The notes under the pieces were generated by a model that was not told the origin of the DNA, did not search any database, and saw only the letters and a list, made by a program, of their open reading frames with translations. The translations under genes and the position numbers were made by a program. DNA of 33,641 nt from the sequence record AJ748296.1. The stretch is one strand, 5' to 3'. Within the stretch, counting starts at the first letter, position 1. Every line of letters begins with the position of its first letter. Of this stretch, positions 8,192 to 17,223 are shown one piece after another.

Positions 8192-8808
8192 TCATGAATT
8201 ATGAAGATCATATAAAAGAAAGCTTTAAAGTTAAATATCCTGCAGATACGATTTTTCCATCTGAAGTTGGTATTTGTTATAGAAAAAGTTATCTTGCTAG
8301 AAATATTGAATTTGAAAGAGGAATAAATGAAATTTATTTAGATTTAGGAGAACAATATCATGAGAGAATTGAACAATATTTTAAAGAAAAATTGAATTGT
8401 CAAACTGAAGTTGAAATTAAAGATGAAATTGAAGGAATAAAAATTAGCGGTAGAATTGATATAGTTTGTAATAATGACTTATTGGAAATTAAAACAATTA
8501 GTTATAATTATTTTCAAGTAAAAGAATATCACTTATATCAAGTTGCATTATATTATCATATTCTTAAAAAGCAAAATTATCAAATTAATAATGTCTATAT
8601 TATATATTTAAATAGGAATACTAGAGAAGTTAAGCAATTTAAAATTGATGAAAAAGTTTTAGAAAATTATTATCAAAAAGTTATTGAATGGATAAAGAAA
8701 TTTAAAGAATATCTAAAAGAAACAGATTATAAAAAAGTCCCAGGAGTTAACAATTATATTTGTAAATCATGTGAATTTAAACAAAAATGCATTATATCAC
8801 TTTTTTAA
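8185..8808 (+). CDS. Cas4-like RecB-family nuclease (ORF207, gp19 family)
   Basis: N-terminal Cys (GICYR), G..YH, GRIDIV, LEIKT, QVALY and C-terminal [10 protein letters not shown] Fe-S cysteines. Confidence 0.92.
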   Translation: MVIMNYEDHIKESFKVKYPADTIFPSEVGICYRKSYLARNIEFERGINEIYLDLGEQYHERIEQYFKEKLNCQTEVEIKDEIEGIKISGRIDIVCNNDLLEIKTISYNYFQVKEYHLYQVALYYHILKKQNYQINNVYIIYLNRNTREVKQFKIDEKVLENYYQKVIEWIKKFKEYLKETDYKKVPGVNNYICKSCEFKQKCIISLF

Positions 8809-8871
8809 TGAAAAAATAGAAGAGTAAAAAGGTATTTAAATGTCATATTCGAAAAACTTAAAATAGAGAAC

Positions 8872-9117
8872 ATGAGTCAAATAGAAGAAATCATAAAAAG
8901 TTTAAATAAAAAAGATATAAAAGATATAATAACCAAGAATATTATTTTTTTAGTTGAACCTCAAATCTTGTTTTATGCAAAAAAGAGAAATAGGATAGTA
9001 GGATATCTAGAAATTGCAGAAAAACATTATCGTTTTGAACTAATATTTAGTAAAGATAATAGCGTAAGTGTAACAATTGGAGAAGTAATAGTGTTTGGAA
9101 ATGGTGAATTGAAATGA
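8872..9117 (+). CDS. Hypothetical 81-aa rudiviral protein
   Basis: Clean ORF after a TGTCATA promoter box at 8841; stop overlaps the next ATG. Confidence 0.75.
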   Translation: MSQIEEIIKSLNKKDIKDIITKNIIFLVEPQILFYAKKRNRIVGYLEIAEKHYRFELIFSKDNSVSVTIGEVIVFGNGELK

Positions 9118-9293
9118 TGAGAATTGTCACTTTTAAAATTCCAGATGAAATGTTATTATTACTAGATGCATATGCAATAAAGCACAAGATGAATAGATCA
9201 GAAGTAATAAGATTAGCAATAGAGAAATTAGTAGTAGATGAAATGAAAAATGAACCAGTACCAAGAGCTAAAGTTGAGAAAATAAAGTTCTAA
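9114..9293 (+). CDS. 59-aa RHH/CopG-type DNA-binding protein; not in the ORF track
   Basis: Manual translation [59 protein letters not shown]; TF.IP...L..LD......NRSEVIR.AI is a classic RHH; ATGA coupling to ORF81. Confidence 0.88.
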   Translation: MMRIVTFKIPDEMLLLLDAYAIKHKMNRSEVIRLAIEKLVVDEMKNEPVPRAKVEKIKF

Positions 9294-9312
9294 AAATTAG
9301 GGTGAAAAAAAC

Positions 9313-9849
9313 ATGACAGAACAAACAAAATATGTAGAACAATTAAAAAATATTGTAGATGCAATTTTAGAGAATAAAAGAATATTAGTTTATAGAAATG
9401 AAATTAATAAAGATCTAGACAATTATTTCACATTATACTATAATGATAATGATAGTGATTATGACATTTTAACAATTCCATTTATTCTAGAGAATTTAAA
9501 AGAAGAAAAAGATGTTCTAATATATTTTTATGAAACTGAGAAATTTAATATAGATGAATTATCAGAATTAATTGTAGATTACATAGATTACAAGAAAAAG
9601 TCCTGTCTAACAAAACATTTAGTGTATTCTGAATTATTAAGATTAATAGATCTATATAATTATAAAATTTCTGAAGATTATAGTAATTTCAATAAAAATA
9701 CATTTTCAGGCGAAATTAAATATTTAATAATGTTTAATTCAGATAAATATTCTACAATTACAGAGAAAATAGAATATTGTAATTACTGTATGCATGATAA
9801 AAATGTAAGTGTAGGAGTTCAAAAATGTGTAACTTATAAGTTAGAATAA
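9313..9849 (+). CDS. Hypothetical 178-aa acidic protein
   Basis: GGGTGA RBS; Tyr/Asp-rich; C-terminal CNYC motif. Confidence 0.75.
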   Translation: MTEQTKYVEQLKNIVDAILENKRILVYRNEINKDLDNYFTLYYNDNDSDYDILTIPFILENLKEEKDVLIYFYETEKFNIDELSELIVDYIDYKKKSCLTKHLVYSELLRLIDLYNYKISEDYSNFNKNTFSGEIKYLIMFNSDKYSTITEKIEYCNYCMHDKNVSVGVQKCVTYKLE

Positions 9850-9858
9850 TTTATTTTT

Positions 9859-10335
9859 TTAATCTTCTTTTGCTAAAGTTACTCCTTTTTGATTTTGATA
9901 TTTCCCGTTATAAGGCTTTTCAACTGGAGTTAAAGTATGGGCGAAAATTAAATGTAAAAATCTTTCTCCTGATTTTAATTTGACAGGAATTGAAGAACCA
10001 ACTAATTCTATAGTAAGTTGACCTTCAAATCCCGCATCTACAATTGTCGGCGGAATTAATAATCCTTTTCTTGCGAAAGTTGATCTTAAATTACAAAATG
10101 CTATAATATCATTTGATAATTTTATATATTCTTTTGTTGTTAAAAGTACATGTTCATTTGGATAAATTATAAATTCATCTCCTACTTCTTTTTCCATATT
10201 TTCTTTTATCCTAACTATTTCATTTCCAATTTTTAAGTCTACACCGTTTTCTCTAATTGTATCTTCACTTAATGGATCTATAACAAGCTTATTTGAATTT
10301 ATATATCTTTTTATATCTCTATCTGAAAGAATCAT
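9859..10335 (-). CDS. dut: dUTPase (dCTP deaminase/dUTPase family)
   Basis: [36 protein letters not shown] and YNGKYQNQ motifs. Confidence 0.95.
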   Translation of the reverse strand: MILSDRDIKRYINSNKLVIDPLSEDTIRENGVDLKIGNEIVRIKENMEKEVGDEFIIYPNEHVLLTTKEYIKLSNDIIAFCNLRSTFARKGLLIPPTIVDAGFEGQLTIELVGSSIPVKLKSGERFLHLIFAHTLTPVEKPYNGKYQNQKGVTLAKED

Positions 10336-10347
10336 CTTTTCTCAGTT

Positions 10348-10653
10348 TTAACTATCGTTTTCTGACATATTTATATCTCCACAGATTGCCGAAATTTTAA
10401 ACATATTTTTATCATATCTCCAATTTACTTTTATATAATTTGGATATTTGAAAGTACGAACTAAATATTTTAGCATAGACATCCCGGCTTTTTCATATTC
10501 TTTCTTTTTCATATTTATTTTTATTTGCATTAATATTATTTCTTCATCTTCAAAAACATTAAAGAAATAAATATTGTCGGAATATCTACTTTCTAGCCAA
10601 TTTCGGAATTGAATTATATATTTTCTACATTCATTCTTTATATCAATTTCCAT
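10348..10653 (-). CDS. Hypothetical 101-aa protein
   Basis: Clean ORF upstream of dut on the same strand; TGTCATA box at 10670-10676 (minus strand). Confidence 0.75.
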   Translation of the reverse strand: MEIDIKNECRKYIIQFRNWLESRYSDNIYFFNVFEDEEIILMQIKINMKKKEYEKAGMSMLKYLVRTFKYPNYIKVNWRYDKNMFKISAICGDINMSENDS

Positions 10654-10773
10654 ATTTTAGTTAAGCAGATATGACAATTTAATAGTTTTGTGTATTACAT
10701 TATATAGTATAATATATAGTATATAATTTCCGGGATTATTTTCATAGTAATTTTTACAAATCTTAGTAGTCAT

Positions 10774-10791
10774 ATACATTATATTATGTAT
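10774..10791. promoter_or_regulatory. Palindromic box ATACAT-N6-ATGTAT upstream of the coat-protein gene
   Basis: atacat tatatt atgtat, 50 nt before the ATG at 10842. Confidence 0.6.
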
Positions 10792-10841
10792 AAGACGTGA
10801 AAATTTATTAATTTAAAGAATAAAATTGATATTGACCAAAA

Positions 10842-11246
10842 ATGGCAAAAGGTCACACAAAAAGATCATATAGCCAAAGGTACGCAAAATGGCAAGCCAA
10901 ATTTAATGCGTTTAGTAACCCAACAGTAGCATCTACTATATTGTCAAATGTAGCTCCTGTTGCCCAACAGAATTTCCAGACTAATGTCCCAACATTTACC
11001 GCGGTTAACGAAAATGTTAGTGCAGTTCTTTCACAATATGGAATAACTGGGCCTAACAGAGCTATATATCAAGGTTTTGGTTTGAAGATTGCTAGAGCAC
11101 TTAATAGGATTGGGAGCGGGCCAGCTTTAGTAAATATGATAAACGGTTTGAAAAGTTATTATATTTCAGCTTTTAACGCTAATCCTCAAGTATTAGATGC
11201 TGTAGTAAATATAATAACTGGAAGCCCGACTGGATACGTAAGTTAA
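10842..11246 (+). CDS. Major coat protein (ORF134, SIRV2-fold MCP)
   Basis: MAKGHTKRSYSQRYAKWQAKFNAFSNPTVAST... recognisable rudivirus MCP with a basic N-terminus. Confidence 0.96.
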   Translation: MAKGHTKRSYSQRYAKWQAKFNAFSNPTVASTILSNVAPVAQQNFQTNVPTFTAVNENVSAVLSQYGITGPNRAIYQGFGLKIARALNRIGSGPALVNMINGLKSYYISAFNANPQVLDAVVNIITGSPTGYVS

Positions 11247-11280
11247 AATATTTAAGCTATTTTTTTCTTTTTTTCTTTAT
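11247..11280. terminator. T-rich convergent terminator between MCP and the zinc-finger gene
   Basis: Run ttttttcttttttcttt directly after the MCP stop. Confidence 0.5.
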
Positions 11281-11444
11281 TCTTCTTCAGTCTTTATTTC
11301 TATATATTCCCCAGTTCTCAAACTTATCCTCCTACAATTAGATAATTTTAAATTTGTATTATGCTTTCTTAAATGAGTTATCATACTTTTCCTTTTTATA
11401 TAAATTTCTCCACAAATTGGACATTCATATCCTAAGAGTGCCAT
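11277..11444 (-). CDS. C2H2 zinc-finger protein (55 aa from ATG 11444)
   Basis: YECPICGEIYIKRKSMITHLRKH; the track extends to a TTG at 11489 but ATG 11444 is the likelier start. Confidence 0.85.
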   Translation of the reverse strand: MALLGYECPICGEIYIKRKSMITHLRKHNTNLKLSNCRRISLRTGEYIEIKTEEE

Positions 11445-11576
11445 AAGGAGAAATTTGGATTTGACATTTTTAAATGCTATTAAATCCAATCAACCATATA
11501 CATTATATAATATATATGAATTATAGGTTAAGTTGTTAGTCAGCTTTATTTTTGTCATAATTTTTATTTTTATCTC

Positions 11577-12584
11577 ATGAAAACTGCAATTTTAACTATG
11601 AATTATTCTTCTATATCTAATGTTTCTGAAGATATTGCAGAAGTTTTGAGAGAAAATGGAGAAATCGTAACAATAACAAAAAATCCATTTTATATTCCAA
11701 AAGCTGAAAAATTAATAGTTTTCATTCCATTCCATCCGCCATCTCTAAATCCATATCTTTATGCTTTTTATCAATTTAATGGAAAGAAATTATTTTATAC
11801 TACTTGTGATGGAATTCCAAATATTGAAATTGTAAATAAGTATTTATTACAAGATGTTAAATTTATACCAAATTCAAAATTTTCAGCTATGAATTTACAA
11901 GAAGTAGGTCTACAAACAGATTTGCCAGTTTTCCATGGAATTAATTTTAAAATTGTAGAAAATGCCGAAAAATTAGTTCCACAATTAAAACAAAAGTTAG
12001 ATAAAGATTTTCCTAACACGATAAAATTTGGAATTGTGAGTGGATTAACAAAAAGAAAAAATATGGATTTAATGTTACAAGTTTTTAATGAACTAAATAC
12101 AAAATATCCAGATATTGCTAAAAAAATTCACTTTTTCGTAATTTCTCATAAACAATTTACGCAAAATGAAGTTCCCGCAAATGTACATTTTGTAGCAGAG
12201 TTTGGATTTAATAGTAGAGAATATATATTTGGATTTTATGGAGCTATGGATTATATTATTGTTCCAAGTGGAACAGAAGGATTTGGAATGCCAGTCCTTG
12301 AGAGTATGGCTATGGGAACTCCAGTTATCCATCAACTTATGCCCCCGTTTGATGAATTTACAAGCTGGCAGTGGAATTTATTAATTAAATCTTCAAAAGT
12401 TGAAGAATATTATGATAAAGAGCATGGACAAAAGTGGAAAATTCATAAATTTGAAATTGAAGATATGATAAATGCAATTATATTAGCTTCTGAACTTCAA
12501 GATAGAGAAGAAAGAAGTACTAAATTAAAAGAATTAGCAAAAAGATATGATATAAGAAATTTATATACTAGATTTTTAGAATGA
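11577..12584 (+). CDS. GT-B (GT4) glycosyltransferase (ORF335)
   Basis: RKN motif and PSGTEGFGMPVLESMAMGTPVI (E-X7-E). Confidence 0.93.
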   Translation: MKTAILTMNYSSISNVSEDIAEVLRENGEIVTITKNPFYIPKAEKLIVFIPFHPPSLNPYLYAFYQFNGKKLFYTTCDGIPNIEIVNKYLLQDVKFIPNSKFSAMNLQEVGLQTDLPVFHGINFKIVENAEKLVPQLKQKLDKDFPNTIKFGIVSGLTKRKNMDLMLQVFNELNTKYPDIAKKIHFFVISHKQFTQNEVPANVHFVAEFGFNSREYIFGFYGAMDYIIVPSGTEGFGMPVLESMAMGTPVIHQLMPPFDEFTSWQWNLLIKSSKVEEYYDKEHGQKWKIHKFEIEDMINAIILASELQDREERSTKLKELAKRYDIRNLYTRFLE

Positions 12585-12634
12585 TATAAATTTGTCATAT
12601 TCTTTATATTTTTATAGAGGAAAGAGGTGGAAAA

Positions 12635-13105
12635 ATGGTAATCGAAGTATTTTATATGTGTCCAATTGATTATAAAGATATTTTAACTCTTGACCTAGAT
12701 AAAGGAGGCATAGCAATAAGAGAATGTGATCATGTTTTTGGTTATATAATACCGCCTTCATTTCCGGAAAGAGAAGATAAAATTTGTCCTAAGCAATACA
12801 GAATTAGAACATGGACTGCTAATGAATGGAAATATGGAGTTTGTGTACAATCTAATGTATCATCTAAACATGTAGTTAGGAATATAAAGAAATTGAAAAA
12901 AACATTGAAAGAATTGTTGAATTATCGGGAAGACCAAATAATATATTTCATTCTTGATGGTTCTACAAGAAGAGAAATTATAGATAAGATAAAGGATATG
13001 ATAAAAGATATGTTTGTTGGTTATAAAGCAGATAGCGAATTTTGTACTCCTAAAATTATTACTATAGTAGGAGTTCTAAATAAAGTAACAATTTATTTTC
13101 TTTAG
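12635..13105 (+). CDS. Hypothetical 156-aa Cys-containing protein
   Basis: GAGGTGG RBS; TGTCATA box at 12593. Confidence 0.8.
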   Translation: MVIEVFYMCPIDYKDILTLDLDKGGIAIRECDHVFGYIIPPSFPEREDKICPKQYRIRTWTANEWKYGVCVQSNVSSKHVVRNIKKLKKTLKELLNYREDQIIYFILDGSTRREIIDKIKDMIKDMFVGYKADSEFCTPKIITIVGVLNKVTIYFL

Positions 13106-13166
13106 CCTTCTTCATTCTTATTAATATAAATTTGTCATAATACATAATATATAATAATGATAGAGA

Positions 13167-13295
13167 ATGAAAGTAAAAATAATATGTGAAAAATTAACTA
13201 CATTTCATATAAATTCTGAAGATGAAGAATTAGTAAATAGAATAATAAAAATGTGTAATGATTATAATTTAAATTACAAAATTGAACTTGAATAA
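13167..13295 (+). CDS. Candidate 42-aa small protein; not in the ORF track
   Basis: MKVKIICEKLTTFHINSEDEELVNRIIKMCNDYNLNYKIELE*; own TGTCATA box at 13133; fills the gap and ends 5 nt before the convergent ORF64. Confidence 0.55.
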   Translation: MKVKIICEKLTTFHINSEDEELVNRIIKMCNDYNLNYKIELE

Positions 13296-13300
13296 TTTTT

Positions 13301-13495
13301 TTACCATATTCCCCATTCTTTACTATCTATAAGTTTCATTTTTCCATTTTCTATCATATTTGCATAATCTTTTAATATTTTTGGCAATACTTTTTTTAAT
13401 TCTTCTTCTGTTGGCTTATTTGGAACTTGATCAATTAAAATATAAATCTTAATATGTAATTCTTTATTTTTTTCATCATAATAATAAGTTATCAT
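13301..13495 (-). CDS. Conserved rudiviral 64-aa protein
   Basis: Clean ORF with ATGA coupling to the upstream gene. Confidence 0.75.
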   Translation of the reverse strand: MITYYYDEKNKELHIKIYILIDQVPNKPTEEELKKVLPKILKDYANMIENGKMKLIDSKEWGIW

Positions 13496-13716
13496 TTTTG
13501 ATCCAACTTCCTTTTTATTTCTTCAACTTGTCTTGATAATTCATCTTGTTTTATTTTTAATTCTTCAATTTCTGTCTTTAGATTTGATAATTCTGAATTT
13601 ACTATCTCTTTTACTGCATCTTTTAATGCCTGTTTAATTTTTAGATATAATTGAATAATTGCAAATAATGTAGTTGTAGTAGTGGAAATTATAGTGAGGA
13701 CTAATGTAGTCTCACT
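13492..13716 (-). CDS. Membrane-anchored coiled-coil protein (74 aa from MSETT)
   Basis: Hydrophobic N-terminus then heptads ELSNLKTEIEELKIKQDELSRQVEEIKRKL; start at 13716 overlaps the ORF110 stop. Confidence 0.75.
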   Translation of the reverse strand, partial: SETTLVLTIISTTTTTLFAIIQLYLKIKQALKDAVKEIVNSELSNLKTEIEELKIKQDELSRQVEEIKRKLDQK

Positions 13717-14044
13717 CATCTTCATTTTCCTCCTCAGATAATTCAAAATTTGCAGTACTATTAATTTGTTTCGCGTAAGGTTGAGGATATACTACGCGAA
13801 AATCATCTATAAAAATCTGCTTAGTTTGTTGATCTTGAATTATAGAAAATTGAAAATAGAAAGTAAAACCTGGAATATAAAGGTCAACAATTAATGGATA
13901 ATCGATAGTTTTCATAACAATTATTGAATTTGGTAAAAAACGTGATAAACCATAAATTTGACCTCTCTGTTCTAATTCTTTTATTTTATCAATTGCAATT
14001 CTAACAACTCCAAAAATATTTTGAAAAGGATCTTCAATTCTCAT
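13712..14044 (-). CDS. Conserved rudiviral 110-aa protein
   Basis: Clean ORF with an acidic tail; palindrome-like box at 14097-14114 upstream. Confidence 0.8.
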   Translation of the reverse strand: MRIEDPFQNIFGVVRIAIDKIKELEQRGQIYGLSRFLPNSIIVMKTIDYPLIVDLYIPGFTFYFQFSIIQDQQTKQIFIDDFRVVYPQPYAKQINSTANFELSEEENEDE

Positions 14045-14133
14045 ATGATATCTTTTATTTCAAGCCGTTAAAAAATATACAAGTAGCATAACTCATATAT
14101 ATTATATAATGTATATAGTGTCTGAATTTTGTG

Positions 14134-15522
14134 TCATCTAACTGCAATATTTTGAAAGTTCTTATAGTAGAAAATTGGCTTATATTGTTTCGTTTTTGCA
14201 GATTTTTGAGCTAATTTTATCTGGTTTTCAATTTTAGCTTGTCCTTGTAATTGTTCTCCTAATTGTTGTGCATATTGCAAATCTTGATCTGTTAATCCAT
14301 AAAATTTCCATTTAGTTTTCCAATAGTTCAAAAAGTCTTGATATGATAATGTTCTTTTTCCAGAATTATAACTATAATTTTGTTGATATGGATATCTTGC
14401 AATTTCTATAATTGCACTTGCTATCATTTTCGCGTACCAAATATTTGAATATTTCTTATTTACAATTTTCTGAATTTGCAAAAATTGTTGATAGCTAACT
14501 GCATAGTTTTCAATTTCTGAACTATAAGCTATATTAATTCCACCAGGAGATGGATCATATAAATGCATTTTAAATAGATTTCCAAATATTGAAATTACGG
14601 TTTTATCTGCAGATAAAATAGCTATTAAATCATCTTGAGTAACATTTTCTGGATTAAATTCAGGCATTAGTACCGCAAAATCTAAAGGAGTATAATCCAA
14701 AATCATTCCAAAAACATCTGCAAAATATTGTAAAATCATACCATTTTGTAATTGAATTCCATTTTGAGTTTCAGGAGCTAAAACACATCTATCTAGCCAA
14801 CCGACATCTAAAGCAAATCCGTTATTTATTATGCTATTTAAGTCTGGAATAAATGCAATTATGAATTTAGCAAAATCTGGAAGTTGATTAAAGTTAATAT
14901 TTAAAGCATTTAATAAATCTATAATTCCGGTATCTGCAATATTATTATACATATAGTTATCTACATTTGGAATATTTGTAATTCCAGTTCCTAAAGTTGT
15001 AACATTTACACTTACATTTGTAGTAGTTAAACTAGAAAAGTATTGTTCAATTTTCTTACAAGATTGGTTTTGATATTCTGTAGCTAATGCCGGCTGATAT
15101 ACAGATAAATCAAAATAAGTTTCATCAAAAACTGCCGGTTGATATAAAATATTGCATAATTGTACATAATTATCATATAAACTAGTATAATTATTTAATA
15201 AACTTATTCCATTAGAAATTCCAAAATTTGCAGATTGACCTAAATTAAGAAATGTTTGAGAATTAAAATTTGGATTAAATACTGAAATTGCTAAATTGTT
15301 TAATGCAGAAAGTAAAGAAGAAATAATTGAAGCGTATGCAATTCCATAATTTGTATTTATGCCTAGAGGAATTTGAATATTTTCTAATGGAGTTGGTAAA
15401 ACTGATTCAACTCCAGCGTCAAACATTACAGAAAATGCAGGGAAAGATTTTCTATTCAATATTTTATTATATAAGTGATATTTCATACTTGCTATATTTC
15501 TCTGTCCTTTTCTCTTGCCCAT
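14134..15522 (-). CDS. Minor virion structural protein (ORF486/488 family; likely start MGKRK at 15522)
   Basis: Long ORF at the canonical position; the in-frame upstream extension to 15666 overlaps the divergent promoter and ORF154, so it is probably not translated. Confidence 0.85.
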   Translation of the reverse strand: MGKRKGQRNIASMKYHLYNKILNRKSFPAFSVMFDAGVESVLPTPLENIQIPLGINTNYGIAYASIISSLLSALNNLAISVFNPNFNSQTFLNLGQSANFGISNGISLLNNYTSLYDNYVQLCNILYQPAVFDETYFDLSVYQPALATEYQNQSCKKIEQYFSSLTTTNVSVNVTTLGTGITNIPNVDNYMYNNIADTGIIDLLNALNINFNQLPDFAKFIIAFIPDLNSIINNGFALDVGWLDRCVLAPETQNGIQLQNGMILQYFADVFGMILDYTPLDFAVLMPEFNPENVTQDDLIAILSADKTVISIFGNLFKMHLYDPSPGGINIAYSSEIENYAVSYQQFLQIQKIVNKKYSNIWYAKMIASAIIEIARYPYQQNYSYNSGKRTLSYQDFLNYWKTKWKFYGLTDQDLQYAQQLGEQLQGQAKIENQIKLAQKSAKTKQYKPIFYYKNFQNIAVR

Positions 15523-15608
15523 AGCTATCAATTTATATATCTCAAGTAGAAAAATAAACTTACAAATTGCATAATGTATATAAATGTCATACATTATTGA
15601 TTTAATAA

Positions 15609-16073
15609 ATGAATCAAAAATATGAAGTTGAAGAAATAAAAAATAAAGAATTAGTAAAATTAGCAAGAATGTTAATTGATTACTATCATATTCAAGGAAT
15701 GGTAAAGGGAGGTGGAGCTGGTAGAAATTCTAGATATTTTATGTATTTAGAAAAAGAAGATGACAAGAAATATATAGTAGCAGTTGCCTGGCTTCATGAT
15801 AATACTCCATTTCGTTTTATTGCACAACAATATAATATTCCAAACGATAGAAGTTATTTTATTAGAAGAGTAACTAAAACTGCTCCTGGAGATCATTTAG
15901 TGAATTTTCTAAATGATTTAGCTGAGAAACTGAAGAAAGATGGTTTTGAAGTTCTATGGACACTTGGTTTTCCAGACCATAGTAATGCTTTATATAAAAA
16001 AGCCGGGTTCAAATTAGTAGGTCAAACTAGTAGGACAAAACATGAAGTTTATGTAAAATATTTGAATAAGTGA
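15609..16073 (+). CDS. GNAT-fold acetyltransferase-like protein (ORF154), Mom-like pattern
   Basis: YFIRRV, HSNALYKKAGFKLVGQT (GNAT motif B), N-terminal ARMLIDYYH. Confidence 0.75.
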   Translation: MNQKYEVEEIKNKELVKLARMLIDYYHIQGMVKGGGAGRNSRYFMYLEKEDDKKYIVAVAWLHDNTPFRFIAQQYNIPNDRSYFIRRVTKTAPGDHLVNFLNDLAEKLKKDGFEVLWTLGFPDHSNALYKKAGFKLVGQTSRTKHEVYVKYLNK

Positions 16074-16079
16074 CAGAAA

Positions 16080-16445
16080 ATGAACATTAGACAGTCAGGT
16101 AAATATTATGAATATAAAACTTTAGAAATTCTTGAAAAAAATGGCTTTAAAGCATTAAGAATTCCAGTTTCTGGAACTGGAAAACAGGCACTTCCAGATC
16201 TTATAGCGACAAAAAATAATACAATTTATCCAATTGAAGTTAAATCAACTTCAAAAGATGTAGTAACTGTTAGAAATTTCCAAATTGAAAAACTGTTCAA
16301 ATTTTGTGAAATTTTTAATTTTTGTGAATGTCATCCACTTGTGACTGTGTACTATAAAAAATATAAAATTGTCATAGTCTATGAATTATCTCAAGATGTC
16401 AGAACAAAAGAAAAAATCAAATTTAAATACGGAATTAACAGCTAA
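16080..16445 (+). CDS. hjc: Holliday-junction resolvase (Hjc family, ORF121)
   Basis: SGKYYE, RIPVSG, PDLIA and IEVKS motifs of archaeal Hjc. Confidence 0.95.
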   Translation: MNIRQSGKYYEYKTLEILEKNGFKALRIPVSGTGKQALPDLIATKNNTIYPIEVKSTSKDVVTVRNFQIEKLFKFCEIFNFCECHPLVTVYYKKYKIVIVYELSQDVRTKEKIKFKYGINS

Positions 16446-16605
16446 ATTATACCTGGCGTTAGATGATTTGACTATGGCTTTAGCTACAGAAGATAAAGAA
16501 GAAGTTAGAAAAAGTGAAGTATTTCAGAAAGCATTAGAAGTTGTGAAAGTAGTTAAAGAAATGAGAAGATTACAAGTTAAACCGGCAGAAGGTGAGGAAA
16601 AATGA
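16381..16605 (+). CDS. Small helical protein (69-74 aa)
   Basis: Overlaps the hjc 3' end; TGTCATA box at 16370; ATGA coupling to the acrIII-1 start. Confidence 0.7.
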
Positions 16606-16946
16606 ATAAAGTCTATCTTGCAAATGCATTTTCAATAAATATGTTAACTAAATTTCCTACAAAAGTAGTAATTGATAAAATTGATAGATTAGAATTTTGT
16701 GAAAATATTGATAATGAAGATATAATTAATTCAATTGGACATGATTCAACAATTCAATTAATAAATTCACTATGCGGAACTACATTTCAAAAGAATAGAG
16801 TAGAAATTAAATTAGAGAAAGAAGATAAATTGTATGTTGTACAAATTTCACAGAGATTAGAAGAAGGAAAAATATTAACTCTTGAAGAGATATTGAAACT
16901 GTATGAAAGTGGAAAAGTTCAATTTTTTGAGATAATTGTAGACTAA
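16602..16946 (+). CDS. acrIII-1: AcrIII-1 viral ring nuclease (DUF1874, ORF114)
   Basis: [18 protein letters not shown] (catalytic His) and QRLEEGKIL motifs. Confidence 0.95.
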
Positions 16947-17223
16947 TAAGTAAAATAAAATTTTTTTCATCTTTTTGAGTTTGTTAGTTTAGGTTATCCC
17001 ATTTCTGCTAAAATTTTTTAATATATAAATGTTTTTACGCCGTTATTTTGCGTAATTTATCGATAAAAAAAGCTAATTTTACGTGAGTTAAAAGTTTAAA
17101 AAGATTTCTTGGAAATTCACGTTATTAGTTTATATAGTTGTCATTACAATTTTTCAACAGCTAAATGCAAAAAATTAACAGATGTAGAATTGAAAGAACT
17201 TTTAGATTTGTATTTTTTTAGTA

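Noticed and set aside
8185-8808. Cas4 as evidence of a CRISPR-Cas locus
   Set aside because: No cas1, cas2 or array; solo Cas4-like nucleases are standard in rudiviruses.
11795-12384. Three short ORFs (11795-12019, 12093-12335, 12202-12384)
   Set aside because: All lie inside the GT335 gene in other frames or on the other strand.
15327-15524. 65-aa plus-strand ORF
   Set aside because: Antisense to the structural gene ORF486/488.
15523-15666. N-terminal extension of ORF510
   Set aside because: Overlaps the divergent promoter and the start of ORF154; low-complexity translation of intergenic DNA.
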